A DNA stretch of 64,000 nucleotides from Candidatus Limnocylindrus sp. (GTDB lineage: Bacteria; Chloroflexota; Limnocylindria; Limnocylindrales; Limnocylindraceae), in assembly GCA_040397175.1 (NCBI GenBank), contig JBBAWM010000001.1, forward strand, positions 25,976 through 89,975, in the 5' to 3' direction. Below are positions 28,264-37,466 of this stretch, piece by piece. Each line of letters begins with the position of its first letter. The first letter of the stretch is position 1. The position numbers were made by a program, and so were the translations under genes. Under the pieces are notes generated by a model. The model made no database searches. It saw only the letters and a program-made list of their open reading frames with translations, and was not told where the DNA came from.

Positions 28264-29251
28264 GCTCACGCACGAGCACCTTTTCAATATCGTCACGCCG
28301 TGGTGGCACCCACCCTATGACGACTCCGCTCGATCAAAGGAGCTGGTCGACGAGAAGGTTGCAATCACCAACGTCTGGGAGCTGCGGCACGACCCATTCC
28401 TGAATAAGGACAACTGCGCCCTTGATGACATCGAGTCGGCGATCGCCGAGGTGAAGCGCTTCGCCGCCCAGGGTGGACGCACGATCCTCGAGGCATGCGC
28501 CGATAAGGGGAACGGTCGTGATCCGGAGGGGCTGGCACGCATCAGCCGCGAGTCGGGCCTCAACGTGATCATGGGGAGCGGCATCTTCCTTGACCCCGTG
28601 CATGGACCAGAGCACCTCGACGGCAGCGTGCGCGAGATCGCCGACCGGATCGTGCGTGACCTCACGGTTGGCGCCCAGGGAACGAACATCCGCGCCGGCT
28701 TCATCGGCGAGATCTTCGTTGGCCAGCCATTCACCAATCGCGAGCGTAACTCGCTCGCGGGTGCCTGTCTCGCGCAGCGCGAGACGGGGGTCCCGATCCA
28801 GATCCATATGCCTGGCTGGTATCGCCTCGGTGACGAGGTCCTCGACTTCGTAGCGGCGCAGGGGGTGCCGATGCAGAGCGTCGTGCTCTGTCACTCCAAC
28901 CCAAGCGGCGACGACTACGAATACCAGACGCGCCTCTTGAAGCGCGGCATCTACCTGCAGTACGACATGATCGGCATGCAGGTCTTCTACGCCGACCAGC
29001 AGGCGGCTTGCACCAGTGACGAAGACGACGCCCGCAACATCGCGCGTCTCGTAAAAGCCGGCTACGGCGACCGCGTCCTCATGTCGCATGACATCTTCAT
29101 GAAGATCCTGCTGCGCGCCAATGGCGGGCCTGGCTACGGGCACATCGTGGAGTTCTTCTTGCCGCGACTGGCACGCCACGGTGTACCGCTCCAGCAGGGA
29201 GTCGCGATGATGACGGATAATCCGCGTCGGCTATTTGAAGAGGCGCGCTAG
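28208..29251 (+). CDS. Phosphotriesterase-family amidohydrolase, copy 3
   Basis: THEH, GEIF, IH, CH, SHD. Confidence 0.92.
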   Translation: MVKIRTVTGEIESSEMGLTLTHEHLFNIVTPWWHPPYDDSARSKELVDEKVAITNVWELRHDPFLNKDNCALDDIESAIAEVKRFAAQGGRTILEACADKGNGRDPEGLARISRESGLNVIMGSGIFLDPVHGPEHLDGSVREIADRIVRDLTVGAQGTNIRAGFIGEIFVGQPFTNRERNSLAGACLAQRETGVPIQIHMPGWYRLGDEVLDFVAAQGVPMQSVVLCHSNPSGDDYEYQTRLLKRGIYLQYDMIGMQVFYADQQAACTSDEDDARNIARLVKAGYGDRVLMSHDIFMKILLRANGGPGYGHIVEFFLPRLARHGVPLQQGVAMMTDNPRRLFEEAR

Positions 29252-29269
29252 CGCCAGAAGGGGGAGCTC

Positions 29270-30019
29270 ATGGGTAAGCGCGTTCTGCTCGTTGGAGAGT
29301 CGTGGGTATCGGAGGCAACGCACTACAAGGGGTTCGACTCCTTCACCAGCGTGACCTTCCACTCGGGTGCTGATTGGTACAACGGTGCTCTTCGATCCAA
29401 GGGCCACGAGGTTGAGCAGATGTATGCGCACGACGTACCAGCGAAGTTCCCCCACACCGCCGACGAACTAAGCAAGTTCGACGTCATTGTTCTCAGCGAC
29501 ATCGGCACGAACTCGTTCCTGCTTCCCATTGAGACGTGGCTCCAGGGCAAGTCCACACCCAACCGCTTGAAGCTGCTCGCCGAGTGGGTCGAGAACGGTG
29601 GCGCTCTGATCATGGCTGGCGGCTATCTCAGCTTCCAGGGTTTCGAGGCGAAGGCGCGCTTCGCTGGCAGCGCCGTCGAGCGCGTGCTTCCCGTGACCTG
29701 CCTCACCCACGACGATCGTGTTGAGGCACCAGAGGGTGCGCAGCCGGTCATCGTTGACGCGAGCCATCCAGTGCTCGCCGGAGTTCCTGCTGGCATGCCA
29801 GCACTTCTCGGCTACAACAAGGTGGTGCTGAAGCCTGGCGCAACACTCGTTGCCTCAGTTGGCGGTGATCCGCTCATCGCCACGACGCAAGTGGGGAAGG
29901 GCCGATCGCTCGTCTGGACCTCGGACATTGGACCACACTGGTGCCCGGAGCCGTTTGTGCAGTGGAACGGCTTCGCGCCATTGATGTCGAACATGATCGA
30001 TTGGGTTACCGGCAAGTGA
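29270..30019 (+). CDS. DUF1355/STM3548-like glutamine-amidotransferase-fold protein
   Basis: VLLVGESW...HYKGFD.F, LSDIGTNS, MAGGYLSFQG, TSDIGPHW. Confidence 0.88.
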   Translation: MGKRVLLVGESWVSEATHYKGFDSFTSVTFHSGADWYNGALRSKGHEVEQMYAHDVPAKFPHTADELSKFDVIVLSDIGTNSFLLPIETWLQGKSTPNRLKLLAEWVENGGALIMAGGYLSFQGFEAKARFAGSAVERVLPVTCLTHDDRVEAPEGAQPVIVDASHPVLAGVPAGMPALLGYNKVVLKPGATLVASVGGDPLIATTQVGKGRSLVWTSDIGPHWCPEPFVQWNGFAPLMSNMIDWVTGK

Positions 30020-30486
30020 GTTTCGCTGACCGAATCGCAGAGTATCGGGCCGCAACGAACGCATTTGAAGAGCAGGTCGCCGCACTCGATCAGCTCAAGC
30101 TCGACGCCAAGCACCCAGAGGGCTGGTCACCACGGCAGGTGATCCATCACTTGGCCGACAGCGAGGCGCAGTCCTACGCGCGACTGCGACGTCTCGTGGC
30201 AGAGCCAGCCGGGTCGATCATTCAGGGATACGACGAAGGGGCCTGGGCGGCGAGCCCAGCCCTCGGCTATGAGACCGACCCCATCGAAACGCCACTCGCG
30301 GTCTTCTCAGCGGTGCGTGCGGGCACGTTCAACGTGCTCCAACACCTCACCGAGGCGGACCTTGAGCGTTATGCCGAGCACAGCGAGCGCGGGCGGTTCA
30401 CGCTCGATGACTGGTTGCGTATCTACTCCAAGCACCCGCTTGACCATGGTGAGCAGCTGGCCAAGGCGCTGCGCGGCGAGCGGTAG
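30016..30486 (+). CDS. DinB/YfiT-family protein
   Basis: WSPRQVIHHLADSE, YDEGAWA, H...H; GTGA overlap. Confidence 0.85.
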   Translation: MSFADRIAEYRAATNAFEEQVAALDQLKLDAKHPEGWSPRQVIHHLADSEAQSYARLRRLVAEPAGSIIQGYDEGAWAASPALGYETDPIETPLAVFSAVRAGTFNVLQHLTEADLERYAEHSERGRFTLDDWLRIYSKHPLDHGEQLAKALRGER

Positions 30487-30507
30487 GTCGCCCTCGAGCC
30501 GAATCGA

Positions 30508-31293
30508 TCAGGAGCGGTCGAGAAGCTTGACGATTGCCCGGGGGGTGATCCCGGGAGACACCCGAATTCGCGGCGCGGCGAGTGCTGTCGATCGTGAGTG
30601 TGCGCGCCCATTCACCGTTGTGAAGGCGAGTTTCAGCCCCGCGTTTTTCACGGCGAGTTCGAATTTTGGTGGGTGCTCACCGAACGGGTAGGCAAAGGTT
30701 ACCGGCGGCGCGCCGAGCCACGCAGTCAGCTCATCTTGCGCCCCCTGCACTTCGTTGTTGATATATGCGGTACTCCTGCCGCTGATGCCGAGGTGGTGCA
30801 CCGAATGATTGGCGATCTCCATCCCCGCCGCCGCCATCTCTTGTAACTGTGGGACCGAAAGGTAGTGGGCAAGACCAACCCGCCCTGTGATCACGTAATA
30901 GGTGGCGACAAAACCGAGCCCTTGCAGGATTGGAAACGCATAGGTGTAACCGTCGTCACGTCCATCGTCGATGGTGATGACCATCGACTTGCTTGGGAGG
31001 GGATCTCCCGATTCAATGTGGCTCGCAAGTGTTGCAGCGGTCACGGTGGACCAGCCATCACGCTTCAACGCCGACATCTGTGCCTCGAATCGGGCAGGAG
31101 AGATCACAAGATCGGGAATACTCGTTCCTGCCTCTGAGCTCGGTGAGATGCGATGGAGCATCAGTGCGGGCACATTGAACACCCTCCTTCGAGCGGCGCG
31201 AGGCGCCAAGGACGACGCCTTTGCACCAGCCGGAAGCGCAGCAAGAAGCAAGAAGAGTGCCGAATCGATCAAGAACGTGCGCCGCGTGCGCAT
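30508..31293 (-). CDS. Polysaccharide deacetylase (CE4) with a probable Tat signal
   Basis: RRTFL twin-arginine; LMLH, TIDDG, NHSVHH, FAYPFG. Confidence 0.88.
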   Translation of the reverse strand: MRTRRTFLIDSALFLLLAALPAGAKASSLAPRAARRRVFNVPALMLHRISPSSEAGTSIPDLVISPARFEAQMSALKRDGWSTVTAATLASHIESGDPLPSKSMVITIDDGRDDGYTYAFPILQGLGFVATYYVITGRVGLAHYLSVPQLQEMAAAGMEIANHSVHHLGISGRSTAYINNEVQGAQDELTAWLGAPPVTFAYPFGEHPPKFELAVKNAGLKLAFTTVNGRAHSRSTALAAPRIRVSPGITPRAIVKLLDRS

Positions 31294-32396
31294 TACGGCA
31301 GGTGGCGCTCCGCATGGCCGATGTATCGGGCATCTGGGCGAATTAACTTATCGACACCCGCTTGCTCGATGGCATGCGCCGACCAGCCGGCGATCCGTGC
31401 CAGTGCAAACGTTGCTGGGAACAGGTCGGGAACAAGGCCAACACCCTGGAGTACGGCGGCGGCGTAGAACTCTACGTTGGTCTTCATGGCGCGGCCCGGC
31501 TTCATCTCTTCGAAGGCTTTCAGGATCTTCTCCTCGGCGCCGATGGCAAGCTCGAGCCACGCCGGCTTCGTTGGCATCGCCTCCGCAACCTTTCGGAGTG
31601 CTGCGGCGCGCGGATCGTACGCCCGGTAAACGCGATGGCCGAAGCCCATAATCAGCTCCTTGCGTGAGAGCTTGCCGCGCGCCCAATCCTCAGCGCGATC
31701 AATCGAACCAATCTCGCCGAGTTGGCCAATGACCTCGGCGGGCGCACCGCCGTGCAGTGGCCCCTTCATGGCTCCGATAGCGCCACAGATGGCTGAGGCG
31801 AGGTCTGACCGCGTGGCAATGATCACGCGAGCGGTGAACGTGCTGGCGTTGAGGCCATGTTCAGCGCCCGCCATCAGGTACGCGTCGAGCGCCCGTGCTG
31901 TTGCTGGATCAGGCTCTTTGTCGTGCAGTTGCTGCAAGAACGCGGCCGCAATGCTGAGACCTCGCTGCGGGTCAACTGGCTCAAGGCCTTGGCGAAGTCG
32001 CGCGAATGCTGCGAGCGCCGACGGAGCGAAGGCGGCGATGCGTTTCGCCTCTTCGGCGGTCGGCGGCCAGCCGAGTCGCTCTCCGGCGCCCCACACCGAG
32101 ATGGCGGTGCGCAGTGCATCCATCGGGTGTGCATGCGATGGCAAGAGGCGCAGGGCCGCGAGAACGGCGGGCGGCACCTTCTCGGGCACGAGATCTGCCT
32201 CAGGGTGCCATTCGCCGGTCAGCAGGAGATCGAGAACGTTGGCGTAGGTCCCCTTGGTGACGACCTCTTCAATTGGGTAGCCGCGATAGAGGAGTCGCCC
32301 TACTGCACCATCGACGTATCCAACCGCCGTCTCAGCGCCAACGACGCCTGCGAGGCCCGGACTGAATGGCTTCTCGGCGACGATCTCGTCACTCAT
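31293..32396 (-). CDS. Citrate synthase / 2-methylcitrate synthase (short type)
   Basis: LLYRGY, EHGLNASTF, GPLHGGA, MGFGHRVY, NVEFY. Confidence 0.93.
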   Translation of the reverse strand: MSDEIVAEKPFSPGLAGVVGAETAVGYVDGAVGRLLYRGYPIEEVVTKGTYANVLDLLLTGEWHPEADLVPEKVPPAVLAALRLLPSHAHPMDALRTAISVWGAGERLGWPPTAEEAKRIAAFAPSALAAFARLRQGLEPVDPQRGLSIAAAFLQQLHDKEPDPATARALDAYLMAGAEHGLNASTFTARVIIATRSDLASAICGAIGAMKGPLHGGAPAEVIGQLGEIGSIDRAEDWARGKLSRKELIMGFGHRVYRAYDPRAAALRKVAEAMPTKPAWLELAIGAEEKILKAFEEMKPGRAMKTNVEFYAAAVLQGVGLVPDLFPATFALARIAGWSAHAIEQAGVDKLIRPDARYIGHAERHLP

Positions 32397-32665
32397 CGTC
32401 GCGGCCGCCGATCAACGTATTCAAGGGCGAGGCGCAGGATCACCGAGCCGAGAAGCGCAACGAAGACGGATCCAGTGAAGCCACCTGGGTCGCCGTATCC
32501 AGCCCCCTTCGCGAGGGTGCCACCCACGATGCCGCCCAGGATGCCAACCAAGATGTTCGGGAGGCAGCCGCGTGCCGCGCGACCGCCGACGAGGAGCGAG
32601 GAGAGGCCGCCGGCCAGAAAGCCGACGAACATCCAGCCGATCGGATCAAGGTCAAAGAAGCCCAT
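32393..32665 (-). CDS. GlsB/YeaQ/YmgE (transglycosylase-associated) membrane protein
   Basis: GCLPNILVGILGGIVGG; leaderless TACGAT-N7-ATG. Confidence 0.85.
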   Translation of the reverse strand: MGFFDLDPIGWMFVGFLAGGLSSLLVGGRAARGCLPNILVGILGGIVGGTLAKGAGYGDPGGFTGSVFVALLGSVILRLALEYVDRRPRR

Positions 32666-32728
32666 CGGCGCGATCGTACGCCCGCCGGCAGAAACGCGCC
32701 GCCCGCGTCGCGCGGGTAGACTCGCCGC

Positions 32729-33952
32729 ATGTCTGAAGGAGCCCTCTCCGCACGAATTAGCGACGCACCGAGCGACCCGATCTTCGGGATCGTTGAGCTC
32801 TTCCGTGCCGACCCGCGTCCCCACAAGATCAACCTTGCCGCAGGTGTCTATATGGATGAGCAGGGGGTCACGCCCATCCTGCCGAGCGTTCGCGCCGCGG
32901 AGGAGCGCCTGCTCGCCTCATCGACCTCGAAGCTCTACATGCCGATCAGCGGTGATCCCGCGTATTTGGCGGCGGCCAAAGCACTCCTCTTCCGCCCCGA
33001 AGGCGGCGCCTGGGGAGAGCTCGAGCCCGCCGCGGCCCAACGCGTGCAGATAATCCATACACCTGGCGGCACCGGTGCGGTGCGACTTGCCGTTGACCTT
33101 GTCGCGCGCCTTCGCCCCGGCGCGGAGATTTGGGTCGGTGAGCCGACGTGGCCAAACCATACGCAGATCATTGAGTCCGCGCGCATGACGGCCCGTCGCC
33201 ACGACTGGATTACCGACGATGCGCGATCCCTCAACACCAGCGCACTCTTCGATGCGATCGCCGCGGCCAAGGGCGGCGACGCGATGATCTTCCACGGTGC
33301 CTGCCACAACCCCACGGGGATTGATCCAACGCCAGAGCAGTGGATTGAGATTGCACAACAGATTGCCCATCGCGGCATCGTGCCGATCCTCGACTTTGCC
33401 TATCAGGGATTTGGTGAAGGGCTCATCGAAGATGCCGCATCGCTGCGTGCTTTCTTGGCAACCGGATGTGAAGTGCTCGTTGCCAGCAGCTCCTCGAAGA
33501 ACTTCGCTCTCTATAACGAACGCGTTGGCAGCCTGGCAATCATTGGTGCCGATGGTGCGGCGGCCGCCGCAATCGCCTCTCATGCGCGCATGGCGGTGCG
33601 CACCATGTGGTCGAACCCACCGGCCCATGGCGGCGCGATCGTGTCCACCATCCTGGGCGATGCAACGCTTCGCGCACAGTGGGAGGGTGAGGTCGGCGCC
33701 ATGCGCACTCGCATTCAAGGGAGCCGCGCCGCTCTCGTCGCCGCACTCGCCACCGCTGGCGCAGGCGACTTCTCGTACCTGCTCAACCATTACGGCATGT
33801 TCTCGCTCCTCGGACTCACTGACGATCAACTCACGCGCCTCCGCGACGAGCATGCGATCTATCTCGTATCCCGGGGCCGCATCAATATGGCTGGCCTTTC
33901 CACGACGAAGATCCCAATCGTCGCGAAGGCGGTCGCGAGCGTGCTCGCCTAA
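32729..33952 (+). CDS. aspC: Aspartate/aromatic aminotransferase (AspC/TyrB type)
   Basis: KINL..GVY, TPGGTGA, HNPTG, DFAYQGF, SKNFALYNERVG; leaderless TAGACT-N6-ATG. Confidence 0.9.
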   Translation: MSEGALSARISDAPSDPIFGIVELFRADPRPHKINLAAGVYMDEQGVTPILPSVRAAEERLLASSTSKLYMPISGDPAYLAAAKALLFRPEGGAWGELEPAAAQRVQIIHTPGGTGAVRLAVDLVARLRPGAEIWVGEPTWPNHTQIIESARMTARRHDWITDDARSLNTSALFDAIAAAKGGDAMIFHGACHNPTGIDPTPEQWIEIAQQIAHRGIVPILDFAYQGFGEGLIEDAASLRAFLATGCEVLVASSSSKNFALYNERVGSLAIIGADGAAAAAIASHARMAVRTMWSNPPAHGGAIVSTILGDATLRAQWEGEVGAMRTRIQGSRAALVAALATAGAGDFSYLLNHYGMFSLLGLTDDQLTRLRDEHAIYLVSRGRINMAGLSTTKIPIVAKAVASVLA

Positions 33953-34002
33953 CGGGCGCGATTACCCCCTCCGAGGCGGGATCCCTCGCGTAGACTCTCC
34001 CC

Positions 34003-34851
34003 ATGGAGACGGCTGGTTCACACGAGGCTCGCCTACTGACCCCGCGCCTCGTCGGGCGCGTCTGGGGTGGCGATCGTCTTCGAAGTCTTCTCCCTGAAGC
34101 GGCGCCGAGTGGACCGATCGGTGAAGCCTGGTTCGGTGATGCCGACGAAGCGCCTGACGGCGTATTGGTGAAGCTGCTCGACGTACAAGATCGACTCTCG
34201 GTGCAGGTGCATCCCGACGACGCTCTGGCCAAGGTCATCCATGGGCCGACTGCGATTGGCAAGCATGAGGCGTGGGTAGTTTTGGAGGCGGCGCCTGGCG
34301 CCGAACTCCTACTCGGCCGTGCCGCATCGACGTCTGGCGCCGACATCGCAGGTGCCCTGGAGTCAGGGGCCGATGTCGCCCCGCTGCTCGCTCGCCATCG
34401 CGTGCATCGCGGCGACGTCTTCGACGTGCCCACTGGTTGCGTACATGCACTCATGCCGGGCCTCTTCATCTGGGAGGTGCAGCAGCGTTCCGATCGCACC
34501 TACCGCGTTGCCGACTGGGGGCGCAACGATCCGTCCCGGCCACTCCATTCGCAGGAGGCGCTCCGCGCCACCGTTGCGGAGTTTCAGGCAACACGCACCG
34601 CCGCCATTGACTGGGGCCGCCCCGGCGAACAGATCCTGGTGGCGTCACCACACTTTTCGGCACGCGCCGTTGTTGGCCCCTGGACGGGACGCCTCACGGT
34701 GAACGTCCACGGGGCGACGGCGACTGCGACCGGCTCGGTCGTGGTGGGCGGCCTTCGACTGGCCGCCTTGACGACCGCCCATCTCGCCGCAGGCGAGGTC
34801 GAACTTGTGGTCTCTGACGGCGCCACCCTCCTGATCGCCGAAGGGCGGTAG
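34003..34851 (+). CDS. manA: Class I mannose-6-phosphate isomerase
   Basis: VWGG, LVKLLD...LSVQVHPDD, GKHEAW, VHA, EVQQ.SD.TYR. Confidence 0.88.
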   Translation: METAGSHEARLLTPRLVGRVWGGDRLRSLLPEAAPSGPIGEAWFGDADEAPDGVLVKLLDVQDRLSVQVHPDDALAKVIHGPTAIGKHEAWVVLEAAPGAELLLGRAASTSGADIAGALESGADVAPLLARHRVHRGDVFDVPTGCVHALMPGLFIWEVQQRSDRTYRVADWGRNDPSRPLHSQEALRATVAEFQATRTAAIDWGRPGEQILVASPHFSARAVVGPWTGRLTVNVHGATATATGSVVVGGLRLAALTTAHLAAGEVELVVSDGATLLIAEGR

Positions 34852-34897
34852 GCGAAAGATTCAGATTCCTTAACCTTCGCGGGCCTGAGCACAAATT

Positions 34898-34940
34898 CGC
34901 AAGTAAAACAGTTGCGCATGGGCGCGTGCTCGTTCATGAT
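34898..34940 (+). promoter_or_regulatory. Sigma70-like promoter of the liv operon with an overlapping inverted repeat
   Basis: TTGCGC-N17-CATGAT; CGCAA-N9-TTGCG overlaps the -35. Confidence 0.45.
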
Positions 34941-35069
34941 GATCTTCCTCGACTGCATCGGACGCAGCCGAACTGTCACATCTGCTTCGGTAGATGAGGC
35001 GTGATCACGTAGTCCGAAACAGAGGCGAGCCCAGCCGGAACGGTTGGGAATAGCAGATAGGAGGACCTC

Positions 35070-36266
35070 ATGAAGGTCTTTAACAAGAAGGGCCTCAGCG
35101 CCCTTGCAGCAGTTGCGATTCTCGCAGCTGCCTGCGGTGGTTCAACCGGAGGCAAGACGCTGACGATCGGGATCAGCTTCCCGCTCAACGGCGCATCACT
35201 TGCGTCAGCGGGTCCTGCCCGTGACGGCGCGCTCCTTGCGATCAAGGAGGCTTCGATCGAGGGCTACACCCTTGCGTCGAAGGTTCTTGACCATGCCGTC
35301 GACGGCAAGAAGAACCCAGAGTTGGGTGCTGCGGACATGTTGACCTTCGTCGGTGACGAGACGGTCGTCGCAGTTGTTGGTCCGTTCAACTCGGCCGTTG
35401 CGCTGGCACAGATCCCAGTCTCGTCTGAGGCCGGGCTTCTTCAGTGCTCGCCATCGAACACGAACCCAGACCTGACGAAGGGCGATGCTGGCGCAGCCCT
35501 CCGCGGTGGTCGACCAGTCAACTACATCCGCCTTGCGACGACGGACGACCTTCAGGGTCCAGCCGTTGCCGTCTACGCCAAGGAGAATGGCGCAAAGAAG
35601 ATCTACATCCTCGACTCCACCGATGCTTACGGCAAGGGTGTGGCCGATGCGTTCCAGACCAAGTTCGAAGCTGACGGCGGAATGGTCGTTGGCCGACAGG
35701 GTCTTCCAGCCGGCACGACCGACTTCTCAGCTGTTGCGACAGCCGCGAAGGCAGCCAATGCTGACTCGATCTTCTACGGTGGTGTGACGTCAGACGGCGC
35801 TCCACAGTTCCGCAACGCGCTTGCCCAGGCGGGCCTTGGCGCACTGCCGTTCTACGGTGCCGACGGCATCTACGACGGCGATGGAGTGGGTTCATACATT
35901 GCGACCGCCGGAGAGAATGCTGCGAATAGCTTCTCTTCACAGGCCGCGATTGAGAGCATTCCTGACCGCGCAGCGTTCAACACCAAGTTCATGGCCGAGT
36001 ACGGTCATGATGCCGAGGGCTACGCTGCCGCCGGTTACGCCTGCGCGCAGATCATCATCGAGGGAATCAAGGCTGCCGTCGCCGGTGGCACTGTGACCCG
36101 CGATACGGTCCGCGAGGCGATCATTCACCCAGGCACCAAGTACGAGACGGTACTCGGGCCAGTGTCGTTCGACGAGGTTGGCGATACCTCCCAGCACATC
36201 ATCTCCCTGTACAAGGTTGAGGGTGGCAAGTGGGTGTTCGACAAGCAGATCGACTACGGCAAATAA
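35070..36266 (+). CDS. livK: Branched-chain amino acid ABC transporter substrate-binding lipoprotein
   Basis: Lipobox LAAAC; GPFNS, SPSNT.P.LT, D.LQG, YGKG; SD AGGAGG. Confidence 0.92.
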   Translation: MKVFNKKGLSALAAVAILAAACGGSTGGKTLTIGISFPLNGASLASAGPARDGALLAIKEASIEGYTLASKVLDHAVDGKKNPELGAADMLTFVGDETVVAVVGPFNSAVALAQIPVSSEAGLLQCSPSNTNPDLTKGDAGAALRGGRPVNYIRLATTDDLQGPAVAVYAKENGAKKIYILDSTDAYGKGVADAFQTKFEADGGMVVGRQGLPAGTTDFSAVATAAKAANADSIFYGGVTSDGAPQFRNALAQAGLGALPFYGADGIYDGDGVGSYIATAGENAANSFSSQAAIESIPDRAAFNTKFMAEYGHDAEGYAAAGYACAQIIIEGIKAAVAGGTVTRDTVREAIIHPGTKYETVLGPVSFDEVGDTSQHIISLYKVEGGKWVFDKQIDYGK

Positions 36267-36310
36267 ATCTGGGAGCGTGGGGAGACCCACGCGCCTGATC
36301 TAGGCACCGT

Positions 36311-36348
36311 GAAGGCCCCCATCACCCAAAAGGGTGATGGGGGCCTTC
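36311..36348 (+). terminator. 17-bp perfect hairpin between livK and livH (attenuator or mRNA stabiliser)
   Basis: GAAGGCCCCCATCACCC-AAAA-GGGTGATGGGGGCCTTC. Confidence 0.7.
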
Positions 36349-36449
36349 GATTTGCGAGGCGGTGGGCTCCCTCTTGCCGAATCCCGCTCTGGGCGGCACT
36401 ATCTGTTGAATGAATCTGCAGCCAGTTGGGTTGCCAGCGAGGGGGGTAT

Positions 36450-37466
36450 ATGGCCACAGCCAGCGTGACACCGACGAGTGCAAGTCGCCTCGTCGGCAGC
36501 CTGCGCCTCCCCAGCACGATCCTTATCTTTTTGGGCCTCGCGTTCGCCGTGCTCGGCATCGACCAATTTGTGAACGCCTTGACCCTCGGTGCGATCTATG
36601 CCCTTGTCGCCCTCGGGTACACCATGGTCTACGGCATCATCGAGCTGATCAACTTCGCCCACGGCGACGTCTTCATGGCCGGCTCCTTCCTTGCCATGTT
36701 CATCAGCAAGACGCTCCTTGGTAACACGGGGGGCATTACAGATCTCCCGCTCCTGATGGTCAGTGTGGTCGTGGTCCTGCTGCTCACCATTGGGTTCATG
36801 GCCATCGTGGGTGCCGTCATTGAGCGACTCGCTTACCGTCCACTCCGCCGGGCGCCAAAGCTCGCGCCGCTCATCACCGCCATCGGCGTGAGCTTTATCT
36901 TGCAAAACATCATCCAGTTCGTCTTCGGTCCGACCATCATGACGGTGCCCCAACTGGTCCCCGTCGAGTGGGCAATCCAGGTCTCGGGAGCGCGCGTCCC
37001 GCTCTTGAACCTCTTCGTTATCGCCACATCGATCGTGCTCATGATCGCGCTGCAGCTCTTCATCTCGCGCACGCGCACGGGTCGTGCGATGCGAACGACC
37101 TCGATGGATCGTGACGCGTCGTCACTGATGGGGGTCGACATCAACCGCACGATCATGATCACCTTCTTAATCGGCTCCGGGCTTGCGGGGGCGGCGGGGA
37201 CGGTGCATGGCTTGTATTACGGCAACACCAGCTTCAGCCTTGGGTTTGAATCTGGCCTGAAGGCGTTTACCGCCGCCGTGCTTGGCGGCATCGGCAACAC
37301 GGTAGGGGCGGCGTTGGGCGGCTTCTTGATTGCCTTCGTCGAGGTTGGCGCTTCGGCATTCGGCTATGGTCGCTGGGGCGGCGCAATCGTCTTCTCCCTG
37401 TTGGTGGTCTTCTTGGTCTTCCGCCCAACGGGCCTCCTCGGTTCGCACACGGGTGACCGCGCGTGA
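36450..37466 (+). CDS. livH: BCAA ABC permease
   Basis: YALVALGYTMVYG...INFAHG, KAFTAAVLGGIG. Confidence 0.93.
   Translation: MATASVTPTSASRLVGSLRLPSTILIFLGLAFAVLGIDQFVNALTLGAIYALVALGYTMVYGIIELINFAHGDVFMAGSFLAMFISKTLLGNTGGITDLPLLMVSVVVVLLLTIGFMAIVGAVIERLAYRPLRRAPKLAPLITAIGVSFILQNIIQFVFGPTIMTVPQLVPVEWAIQVSGARVPLLNLFVIATSIVLMIALQLFISRTRTGRAMRTTSMDRDASSLMGVDINRTIMITFLIGSGLAGAAGTVHGLYYGNTSFSLGFESGLKAFTAAVLGGIGNTVGAALGGFLIAFVEVGASAFGYGRWGGAIVFSLLVVFLVFRPTGLLGSHTGDRA

Noticed and set aside
31857-33053. 398-aa plus-strand ORF
   Set aside because: Overlaps three well-supported genes; Arg/Pro-rich composition typical of non-coding frames
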